Part shown: piece by piece, positions 54,101 to 61,800 of the stretch
Position numbering within the stretch: position 1 is the first letter of the stretch
How the letters are laid out: each line of letters begins with the position of its first letter
DNA from: Candidatus Spongiisociaceae bacterium
GTDB lineage: Bacteria; Actinomycetota; Acidimicrobiia; Spongiisociales; Spongiisociaceae
Assembly (NCBI GenBank): GCA_965262915.1
Contig: OZ253564.1
Location: 576,001-640,000, forward strand
Direction: 5' to 3'
DNA: 64,000 bases
Program-made: the position numbers and the translations under genes
Notes under the pieces: generated by a model
What the model saw: only the letters and a program-made list of their open reading frames with translations
Database searches by the model: none
Told to the model about the DNA's origin: nothing

Positions 54101-56704
54101 ATGGTGCGCTGGAGAGTCCACGGCGAGCGCGACCACGAAGAGGATCGTGTGGGCGCCGCGAGCCTCAGCCACCGGATCGACGGGCTGGTCAGCGGCACCA
54201 GGTACTGGGCACAGGTCCGCGCCTTCAACCGGGTCGGCAACGGGCCGTGGTCAGACCTCCTGTCCACGGTGCCGCTCGCCGTGCCGGGCGCGCCCCGAAC
54301 CGTCGCAGCAGAAGCCCGCGACGCGGGTCTCGGAGTGACCTGGCAGGCTCCTGCCAGCGACGGCGGCGACCCGATCACCGAATACAAGATCCAATGGAAA
54401 ACCACCTCCGGCGCGTTCGGCGCGGCCGCCGCCGTGGACGCCGCCACACACCTCCATGAGATCACCGCGCTCACCAACAACACCCGCTACGTCGTGCAGG
54501 TCGTGGCGGTAAACTCCCAAGGCGACGGCAGCGCCGCCCAGATCCACGCCACGCCGCTGCCGCCCACTGTCCCCGGACCGCCCATCATCGCCGCCGTGGT
54601 GCCTCGCGAGGGGGGAGTCACGGTCCAGTGGCTGCCGCCTCCCGACGACGGCAGAGCGCCCGTGAGCTCCTACCGGCTGAGCTGGCCCGGCGGCCACGCC
54701 GAGATCACCGACCCGACCGACCTCAGCCATGACATCGTCGGACTGGACTTCGCCCTCGACTCCGTGATCAGGATCTCCGCGGTCAACTCCCAGGGCGAGG
54801 GAACCCCCGCCGCGGTCAGGGCCCGCTCCAATCAGGTCCCGGGCCCGCCGCAACGCGTGCTCATCGCTGAGGACGACGGCAGCCTCGTCGTGCGGTGGAA
54901 ACCGCCCGGCGTCGTGTCGGCGTTCGTCGCCTCATACAGCGGGTTCGTGGTCACCGAGTACCTGGTGCAGTGGAAGACAAGCGGCCAGGAATACAGCACC
55001 GACCGCCAGGCCACGGTCACACCGGACTCCATCCCGGACAACTCCTACGGGGTCTACACGATCACGGGCCTCAACAACGGCTCGGACTACTCGGTGCGCG
55101 TCATCGCGGTCAACGAGGGCCGCCGGGGGCCGCCCGGGGAGGTGTCGGGTCGGCCGAGGCCGGCAGTGGAGGGCGCACCGCCTCGTGTCGTCGCCTACAA
55201 CTACGGCGAACGCACGGGTGAACTCTGGGTGGATTGGTGGCCGGCCATACGAGAACACGACGGGGTGCAGGCCTCCATCTACGAGCTGCGTTGGGGGCCT
55301 GCCGGCCAGGCGAGCAGTCCCTCCGGATACCCGAGGATCCCCGTGGGGCCCCGCGTCATCGACGTCGGCTCTGACGCAGTGGGCACCGTGCTCCGCGTGC
55401 GGGTGAGAGCAGTCTATGGTGGCACGTTCGGGCCGTGGGCCGAGACGCTGGTCGCGGTGGCGGCGCCTCCGACCATCCCGCAGCGACTCACTGCGACCCC
55501 CGGCGACGGCAGTGCATCGTTGCAGTGGGATCCGCCCGAGTCCGACAGGGGGTCGCCGATCTCTGCGTATGTGGTGATCGTGAACGAGGTCGACGACATC
55601 GAAGACCAGGCGTCCGTCGTCGTGACCGGCGAGAGCTACGAGATGACCGGGCTTGAGAACGGCCGGACATACACGCTTCATGTAGCGGCGCTCAACAACG
55701 TGGGCATCGGATATCGCAATGAAGTGATGGTGACGCCCAACGGCGAGATCGACGGGCCGAGCGTGCCCGGCGCGCCGGAGGACGTGGTGGTGGTGCCCGG
55801 CGACGGTTCGCTGGCGGTGTCGTGGGCGGCGCCGGCCGATCACGGCGGGGCCGCCGCCAGCGCGTACCAGGTGAGCTGGGAGGCGGCCGGGCAGCCCGGC
55901 ACAGCCCAGCAGGCCGATGTGGGCGCGGCGTTGAGCCATGTGATCACTGGCCTGGTCAACGGCACCGACTATGCGGTGGAGGTGACCGCAGCCAACTCCG
56001 CCGGGACGGGGCAGGCAGCGGCGGTGACAGCTGCGCCCGCGGCGGCGGGGGCGCAGCCGGGCGCGCCGGGCGGGATCGTGGTGGTGCCCGGCGACGGCAT
56101 GCTGTTGGTGTCATGGCATGCGGCGACCGACAGCACCGGGGCCGCCGCCAGCAGGTACGAGGTGAGCTGGGAGGCGGCCGGGCAGCCCGGCACAGCCCAG
56201 CAGGCCGATGTGGGCGCGGCGTTGAGCCATGTGATCACTGGCCTGGTCAACGGCACCGACTATGTGGTGGAGGTGACCGCAGCCAACTCCGCCGGCAAGG
56301 GACCGGCCATAGTGACGCGGGCGGTGCCCACCGGGGTGCCGAGCGCGCCCCGCGGAGTGGTCGCCGCGCGCAGCACGGTCGTGGCCGGCACGGCCAGGAT
56401 CCTGCTGAACTGGCTTCCGCCCGACGACAACGGCGGCACCAAGATCACCGCCTACCGGGTGTCATGGCGCGCCGACGGCGAGAGCTACGACGACTCGCAG
56501 TGCTCGCACCGCCGAGCCGATACCACCGCCACGGGCCACCCCATCGGCGACTTGGACGCCGACACCACTTACCACGTTCGGGTGGCCGCCATCAACGCCG
56601 CGGGGCCCGGCCCCGCAACCGAGATAACGATCCCGCCCGGGAACACTGCGGCAGCTGACAGGAGGCACACAGAATGGGCATCGCCAGACACTCGGAACAG
56701 ATGA
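48191..56704 (+). CDS. Giant secreted surface protein: signal peptide, three SLH-like repeats, Ser/Thr/Pro linker, 26 fibronectin type III domains
   Basis: F.DV...H...I.ALA..G(I/V)..GC...YCP....RAQMASFL repeats; PGAP...L.VSW..P...Y.VQW...GL.NGT.Y.VRVAAVN..G.G.WS repeats. Confidence 0.93.
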   Translation: MRRAGIRAGPAAGVAGRVRRVLSGLVLAAVVAAGIGPGGSWAQVGDGDDEGRHDGFDDVVSGVHASAIDALAQLGVFEGTECGEGLFCPDEPIRRWVMAVWLVRVLETPLPEAGASRFSDVDPQQWWSRHVEALADLEITAGCSRSPARYCPDEVVSRAQMASFLARAFHLEPSEEGERFSDVSGGVHAANIDALAASGITAGCATDPARYCPTRATTRAQMASFLKRARTMFIGPCPTEATDDTGTTTPSTGSPPSTGSPPSTGSPPSTGSPPSTGSPPSTGSPPSTGSPPSTGSPPSTRPGVVVPGAPRGVVVAPDDGELLVSWSAPSELVGVSSVTYVVEWRLDTQPFGGGRRLLGVSEESATISGLVNGAMYAVRVSAVLSGSRGPWSEPVPGAPGRVLGAPRELVTERGDRELGLSWEPPGDPGGLEPGDFLAPEYYVVQWAVEGESYSLDRLLEVTETSATITGLDNGTLYRVRVAAVRVVAVPVASPELWSEATGVPAVPPDAPSGLMAAAGDQQLMLSWVSGESGGLPVTEQRLQWRSNSQFFSEDRQLVIGDDTSATITGLDNGTRYWVRVAAVSGAGVSDWSPHASGRPATRPGAPGGLEATRDNQSLVLSWDRPADSGGAVSLSYVVQWRSDAQSFSAARELEAADTFATVTSLVNGTVHWVRVAAVNDDADAGRGAWSEPVSRTPATRPGAPRRVAATRGDGSLAVTWAAPAESGGAAVEGYVVQWRSDAQSFSTARQRTTTSTSATVPGLVNGTTYTVRVAAVNNVGAGAWSEPVSRTPATRPGAPRRVAATRGDGSLAVTWAAPAESGGAAVEGYVVQWHASGQSFSTARQRTTTSMSATVPGLVNGTAYWVRVAAVNNVGAGAWSEPVSRTPATRPGAPVIEAVDGGSGRLVVRWAAPANGGFPVRSYQLQWKTDSQTFSTARQRTTTSTSATVPGLVNGTAYWVRVAAVNNVGAGAWSEPVSGIPASAPGAPRDLVVTPGNGQLGLSWQPPGDTGDVAVEYVVQWRSGSEQYSSARSQTTGEDYATVTGLANGTAYWVQVTANSSAGAGGSTEATNVVPRTTPSAPLRLEATVGDGSLALQWQPPSSDGGDSVSGYIVQWRADGEDYATTRQLDAAGTSAAITGLANGTPHTVRVAAVNAAGAGAWSTEATKTPAGVPDAPREVTAASGDRALDVSWEPPPNNGSEIKHYVVQWKAGGDYSTARQRTTTSTSATVPGLVNGTAYWVRVAAVNNVGAGAWSEPVSRTPATRPGAPVIEAVDGGSGRLVVRWAAPANGGSPVRSYQLQWKTDSQTFSTARQRTTTSTSATVPGLVNGTAYWVRVAAVNNVGAGAWSEPVSGIPASAPGAPRDLVVTPGNGQLGLSWQPPGDTGDVAVEYVVQWRSGSEQYSSARSQTTGEDYATVTGLANGTAYWVQVTANSSAGAGGSTEATNVVPRTTPSAPLRLEATVGDGSLALQWQPPSSDGGDSVSGYIVQWRADGEDYATTRQLDAAGTSAAITGLANGTPHTVRVAAVNAAGAGAWSTEATKTPAGVPDAPREVTAASGDRALDVSWEPPPNNGSEIKHYVVQWKAGGDYSTARQLEAAGNTATVTALVNGTAYWVRVAAVNNVGAGPWSTEATKTAATVPSAPRNLTVERRNSALAATWTAPASTGGLAIEEYQIQWTTDPSDYGPDKEGTVTGTTATLPFLVNGTEYMVRVAAVNGIGAGAWSTQESGTPSPPPTVPGRPEIDAVDAADRRLVVRWSPPANDGGDDITGYIVRWRTQLGSYNAANTHPGIGASVSSDTIDELDKNTRYWVQVAAVNGIGAGRWSDAVSATIPMTAPGAPLGLAVAGGDAELQLSWRQPHDTGGAQPLTYVVQWRSGDQQYDTTRQQTTVSTSATITGLDNGTRYWVKVTATNAEGSTPGVERDGTPLTGPGPPTMVEFTSDPMAPGRLVLSWAAPDDNGGTALTGYMVRWRVHGERDHEEDRVGAASLSHRIDGLVSGTRYWAQVRAFNRVGNGPWSDLLSTVPLAVPGAPRTVAAEARDAGLGVTWQAPASDGGDPITEYKIQWKTTSGAFGAAAAVDAATHLHEITALTNNTRYVVQVVAVNSQGDGSAAQIHATPLPPTVPGPPIIAAVVPREGGVTVQWLPPPDDGRAPVSSYRLSWPGGHAEITDPTDLSHDIVGLDFALDSVIRISAVNSQGEGTPAAVRARSNQVPGPPQRVLIAEDDGSLVVRWKPPGVVSAFVASYSGFVVTEYLVQWKTSGQEYSTDRQATVTPDSIPDNSYGVYTITGLNNGSDYSVRVIAVNEGRRGPPGEVSGRPRPAVEGAPPRVVAYNYGERTGELWVDWWPAIREHDGVQASIYELRWGPAGQASSPSGYPRIPVGPRVIDVGSDAVGTVLRVRVRAVYGGTFGPWAETLVAVAAPPTIPQRLTATPGDGSASLQWDPPESDRGSPISAYVVIVNEVDDIEDQASVVVTGESYEMTGLENGRTYTLHVAALNNVGIGYRNEVMVTPNGEIDGPSVPGAPEDVVVVPGDGSLAVSWAAPADHGGAAASAYQVSWEAAGQPGTAQQADVGAALSHVITGLVNGTDYAVEVTAANSAGTGQAAAVTAAPAAAGAQPGAPGGIVVVPGDGMLLVSWHAATDSTGAAASRYEVSWEAAGQPGTAQQADVGAALSHVITGLVNGTDYVVEVTAANSAGKGPAIVTRAVPTGVPSAPRGVVAARSTVVAGTARILLNWLPPDDNGGTKITAYRVSWRADGESYDDSQCSHRRADTTATGHPIGDLDADTTYHVRVAAINAAGPGPATEITIPPGNTAAADRRHTEWASPDTRNR
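48941..49090 (+). repeat. 18-bp coding tandem repeat x8.3 (STGSPP linker)
   Basis: Perfect AGCACCGGGTCGCCCCCA units. Confidence 0.97.
50711..52982 (+). repeat. 1128-bp near-perfect tandem duplication (4 FN3 domains per unit)
   Basis: Identical shadow ORFs at 51106/52234 and 51061/52189, offset 1128; two substitutions seen. Confidence 0.92.
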
Positions 56705-57102
56705 CAGGACGCGCCAAGCACACAGCCGACAGGACGCGCCGAGCATGGCCGACAGGACGCGCCAAGCACACAGCCGACCGGCCCCACCGACCGGACCGTC
56801 GAGCGTTCCTGCGTTGCGCCAGCGGGGCCGCGCTGTCGATTCTGGCGGTGGGAGCGCGAGCCGCACTGCATCCCCGGCCCGCGTCGGCAGGCCCCGCGGC
56901 GTCGTGTTGCGGTCTCGCGCGAGACGCCAATGCGTGGTGCCCGTACTTCTGCGGAGAGATCGGCGGAGGATTCAGCTGTTGGGCATGCAACAACGGGGCG
57001 TGCCTGTGCTGTGAGTGCATCCCCGGCGGGCTGGCCAGCTGCTTCTATTTCTTTGCGAGCTGCTCCTACAGCACTGGGTGCTGCGAGAGGGCGGCCGATT
57101 AG
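56701..57102 (+). CDS. Tat-exported cysteine-rich miniprotein (14 Cys in a predicted 70-aa mature part)
   Basis: ATGA overlap with the FN3 gene; DRRAFL twin-arginine motif, hydrophobic stretch, PASA cleavage site; SCC...WCPYFC...CWAC....CLCCEC...C...C...GCC. Confidence 0.85.
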   Translation: MTGRAKHTADRTRRAWPTGRAKHTADRPHRPDRRAFLRCASGAALSILAVGARAALHPRPASAGPAASCCGLARDANAWCPYFCGEIGGGFSCWACNNGACLCCECIPGGLASCFYFFASCSYSTGCCERAAD

Positions 57103-57188
57103 GCACCGAGCGACACCGGAGGCGACTGTGGACTCAACAGACCGACCAACATCAGGCGCCCGGGCGCGCGGGCTCCGCGGGGGCGACC

Positions 57189-57599
57189 ATGACTGACTCG
57201 AACAAGACCACCCGTCCAAGGCCCGGGAGCCTCGGCTCCCAAGAGTTCGTGGACTTCCTGGCGCAAGTGCGCCGCGACCCGCGCCGGACACCGGCGCCCT
57301 CGCCCATCAACGCCGCCGCCGTCGAGTTGGGCACCTACGAGTCCGACGCTGGCGAGGGCCATGTATGGGTGCGCATAGACAGCACCGGCGAGACCGTGCG
57401 AGCCGCGCTCGACGGCTTCCTGCCCGAGTATCGCCTCGAGCGCGGTGACGAGCTGGGAGCAACAGTTGTGGACGGCGCCTGGCGGACGATCCCCACCGTG
57501 AAGTACACAATCAGGCACTCCGACCGGATCGATTTCTGGACCAAGAACCGCCGGACCGGGGGCTTTCGCCAGCTCGCCACGAGCAGCTACGAGCAGTAG
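57189..57599 (+). CDS. Hypothetical protein (136 aa), probable last gene of the operon
   Basis: ATG after GGGG; GC3-biased; beta-rich-looking core; no family recognised. Confidence 0.65.
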   Translation: MTDSNKTTRPRPGSLGSQEFVDFLAQVRRDPRRTPAPSPINAAAVELGTYESDAGEGHVWVRIDSTGETVRAALDGFLPEYRLERGDELGATVVDGAWRTIPTVKYTIRHSDRIDFWTKNRRTGGFRQLATSSYEQ

Positions 57600-57609
57600 C
57601 GACCAGAAG

Positions 57610-58764
57610 CGTTTACACCACCACAACCGCCCGAGATCAAGCAAGCTGACCGGGCCTGGTTCCGGGTGGCGAAGCTGGTCCGGTCTAGGAGTTCGGTCTC
57701 GAGGGTGGCGAAGAAGGACTCGGCGACCGCGTTGTCGTAGGCGTCGCCTCGGCGGCCAGGTCTGTGTCCCGCCCGTTGAGGATCCGTAGACGGGCTAGGA
57801 GCTCGTCGGTGATAGTGGTCCACATGAGCCGATCCGCGTTGCGCCACGCGTAGTCGGCCAGCACCCGGGCATCTTTGGGGTCGGTCTTGGCCGCTCCTGC
57901 GTAGAGCTCCGCGGCTCGGCGCATCGCCAGGCCGGTGACATAAGCCACCGGCATCTGACACTCGGCGGCCACCCCCAAGGCCAGCACAGCCGCAGACGAG
58001 GTCGAGTCAACCACCAGCGGCGGGCTGCCATGACCTGCTGCGTCGTCGATCAACCGCCGGATAGCCCCCTCGTCGTTGGGAACCGGACGGGCGAACAACG
58101 GCTCGCCTCGAGCCGACACCGCACAGGCATAATGCTTGCCTTTGGCGACATCAACACCGACGAACACCTCAGGGGCGGGCTGTGGGCAATCACCCACTCG
58201 GCAGGTCCCTTCCGGTCGGGAATACGTATGCCGATAACTCAGGACACCAACGCCTCAACCACATCTGCGAACCAGCCCCTCACTTCGGTGCATGTGATGG
58301 CGATCAGAGGTCGCAGGCACCCAACCACGGCGGGTGGAATCACACCCTAGGCCATCTCGGTGACAGGGGAATTAAGCCCAGCCCGCCGCGGCGAGTAACC
58401 GGCCCCGATGCTCACACACCAGAGCTACCCAACAAGGTAAAGGGGAATTTCAATGATCGCCATCACCCGTCTCCAGCTCGGCAATCCGACGACGAGCGGC
58501 CCAAAGTTCCCCTTGTTCCGTCGAGGTCGCACCGGGCTTCAGGCCAAGGTCAACAACGTCCTGGCGTCGCCAGTTGTAAATCGTCTGCCTCGGACACACC
58601 AAGATCGACAGACAAGGACGCCACCGACCTTCCGGCCGCTAACAGATCCAGAACTCTGCGACGGAACTCGGGTGGATATCGATACGGCACCAAGACCCCT
58701 CCTTTTGCGGGTCAGCACACCACCAATTTCAAATATCCCGACTCCACGAAAGTGGGTCACCATC
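57610..58764 (-). mobile_element. Nested remnant: IS3 element (left end 58764, frameshifted orfA 58450-58691, integrase tail 57640-57745) containing a truncated IS110 (transposase N-terminus 57745-58197 plus upstream non-coding end)
   Basis: YPPEFRRRVLDL..QTIYNWRRQD; VFVGVDVAK...AKTDPKDA (IS110 DEDD domain); YDNAVAESFFATLETELL. Confidence 0.8.
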
Positions 58765-58824
58765 ACACTCTCCGAGGAACCCGGTGCGGTTCAGAGACCT
58801 TATGGAGATCTTTCCCGTCGGGGT

Positions 58825-61800
58825 CTATGCCTTGTCTTTGGTGATGGTGATCGTGTCGCCGCTGGGGGTTACTGATTGGACGGTGATGGTGTAGCCACCG
58901 ATGGTGACGCTCTGTCCCTGGGTGAGTATGGGGTAATCGTTTACTTGTGCGTTGCCGGTGTCACCCGCCATTTTTAGGGGGAGACGACGTGTGGCGAGGG
59001 CAGCGTCGACGGTGTACACGAGAACTCCTTCGGTCGCTAACGCGGTGTCGTAGCCGAGTTTGTGTCGGGACTCCATAACGATCGCTTTGTGTCTCGAGAT
59101 GGGTATGGCAGCCATTGCTGTGCCGGTGCCGGGGTTGGCAACGGGGCTGAGGGTCACGGTCGCTTCGGTTCCGGTCACGCAGCGAATCTGGGCGGGTTCG
59201 AGCCAGCCGAGCTGCCAGCGGCTCCAAGCCAGCATTTCTGATCCCCCGGTGTAGGTGGAGTACGGGGCGCTGTCGCGGGTGAGGAAGCGAGCTTGCAGTC
59301 CCATGAGACCGAACCCTGTGGTTACCCATTTCTGACCCTCGGGAGGGTTGGGTAGCTTGTGGTCGGAGGTTGGGTAGAGATCCAAGAGTCCGAGATTGTG
59401 GGCGAGTTCGTGCGCTGCCGTGTGACCCCACGAGGTTGGCTTCCCAGGTTCTGGCCTCGGTTGGGAGTTGATAAGGGTGATGCTCTGGATGGTTCCTTCG
59501 TCTGTGCGGACTTTGTGTAATCCTGCTATTGCTGACCAGAAGTGGGAACCGGGCATCACGACCATCATGATGTCGTGTCCGGCAAAGTCGAGGTCGGGGT
59601 CGGCTAACCTGGCGGCCTCGTCGACGACGTACGTTTCGGGCTCCGTAGTACCTCCGCCAACGTAGTGGTCATAGTTGTGTTCGGGTCTGAGCCAGCGGTG
59701 CAGGGGGTTGAACTCGACATCTAGTTTCCCGTAGCTGGCCGCCTCGAGGTATTCCTCTGCGTAGGGGAGGCCGAGCGTGGCCTCGTCATGACTGGTATGG
59801 GCTGCCTCCTTGTCGGGGAAGTCCACGAAGATAACCGCCACCCGCAGGAGACCGGTGGAGGTTGGGGCCCATCCGGGCAGAGGAAACCCTGCCGTGGCAC
59901 CTGAGGTGCCCACCGGTTGGCACATGCCCGGGTCCGGTCCGTCGGCCCAGACAGCATATCGAACATTCGCCGGCACAGAAACAACCGGTGCTCGACCCCA
60001 GCAGACGACAGCACCATCGGGGCGTAGCCCACAAGAGTACCCATCGGAATACCCGCTCTTTTTGACTGAGACCGCTTCGAACCGTCCCGTGGGAGGCTGA
60101 GCCTGCCCGACCAAGTTGCCCCAGCAGATAACAGCACCACCGGTACGTAGCCCACAGGAATACCGATCACCGGCCGCCACTGCAATAAACATCCCATCCG
60201 GCGGGGTGGCCTCACCTGAACCGTTGGCACCCCAACAAGCCACCGTACCGTCGAGACGCAGCCCACAAGAATGCGAACCACCAGCCGAAACAGCAGTAAA
60301 CCGACCATCCGGCGGGGTGGCCTGACCCAAACCCTTCGACCCCCAGCAGGCCACCGTACCGTCGACGCGTACCCCACAAGAATGCGAACCACCAGCCGCT
60401 ACCGCGGTGAACGTCCCATCCGGCGGGGTGGCCTGACCCGAACCGTTGTACCCCCAGCAGGCGACGGTGCCGTCGAGGCGTACCCCACATGAATGCCCAC
60501 TACCGGCCGAAACAGAAGCGAACCGACCGTCCGGCGGGGTGGCCTGACCCAAACCGTTGTACCCCCAGCAGGCCACCGTACCGTCGACGCGTACCCCACA
60601 AGAGTGCGAACCACCAGCCGCGACTGCGGTGAACGTCCCATCCGGCGGGGTGGCCTGACCCGAACCGTTGGCACCCCAGCAGGCCACCGTACCGTCGACG
60701 CGTACCCCACATGAATGCAAATTACCGACAGAACTGGTGACGAACACACCGTCGGGCGGTTCCGGCTCACCGGACCAGTCGAAACCCCAGCACACAACAC
60801 TTCCACCGGCGCGTACCCCACATGAATGCAAATTACCGGCCGAAACAGCAGTAAACCGACCGTCCGGCGGGTCGGCCTGACCGTTTTCGTTAGCCCCCCA
60901 GCACACAACCGTCCCGTCGGTACGCAGCCCGCACATATGCCGGCTAGTGCCCGAGACAGTGCTGAACCGTCCCTCGGGTGGGTCGAACAGACCCCAGCAC
61001 TCAACACCGGCATCGGTGCGCAGCCCGCACGAATGGGCATTGCCCGTGGCAACGTCGGTGAACTTGCCCTCCGGCGGGTCGGCCTGACCGTTTTCGTTAG
61101 CCCCCCAGCACACAACCGTCCCGTCCGTGCGTATCCCACACGTATGAACGACACTCGTGGCAACGTCGGTGAACTTGCCCTCCGGCGGGTCGGCCTGACC
61201 GTTTTCGTTAGCCCCCCAGCAGACAACCGTCCCGTCCGTGCGTATCCCACACGTGTAATATCTACCCGCCGAAACGGAGACGAAGGTCCCCTCCGGGACA
61301 CCGGTCCGAGAAAATGGGGATCCCCAGCAGGCAACAGTACCGTCGGTGCGTATCCCGCACGAATGGTCCCAGCCCGACGAGATGACGGTGAACTCACCTT
61401 GCGGCGGTTCGGCCTGACCCTGAGTGTTCTCACCCCAACAAACGACCGTGCCGTCGGCGAGCAGCCCACACGAATGAAAACCACCCGCAGCCACCTCGAC
61501 GAACCGTTCCCCCGACGGCTCGAGGTCAAGTGTGAGTGCCCGGGTAAGGAATGTGGCCATCTGCGCTCGGGTGGTGTCCCGCCCCGGGCAGTAGCGGAGG
61601 GGTTCTGTCCTACACCCTGCCGTGACACCCGAAGCGGCCAATGCATCAATATTCGCCGCGTGGACACCGCCCTCAACATCTGCGAACCCCGCCGACGGTG
61701 CCGAAGACAGCCCGAACGCGCGGACCAGAAACGACGCCATCCGAGCACGATTAACCGTCTCGGTAGGACAAAACCTCGCTGGCTTCGTCGCGCAACCCGC

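Noticed and set aside
46299-57102. A bona fide methylamine/aromatic amine dehydrogenase cluster
   Set aside because: No large subunit, MauG or electron acceptor gene in the window, and the Cys-rich peptide is shorter than MADH light chains.
60100-61260. Near-identical 120-bp units as a diversity-generating retroelement template/variable pair
   Set aside because: They are ordinary in-frame RCC1 repeats; I saw no adenine-specific pattern, and no reverse transcriptase is present.
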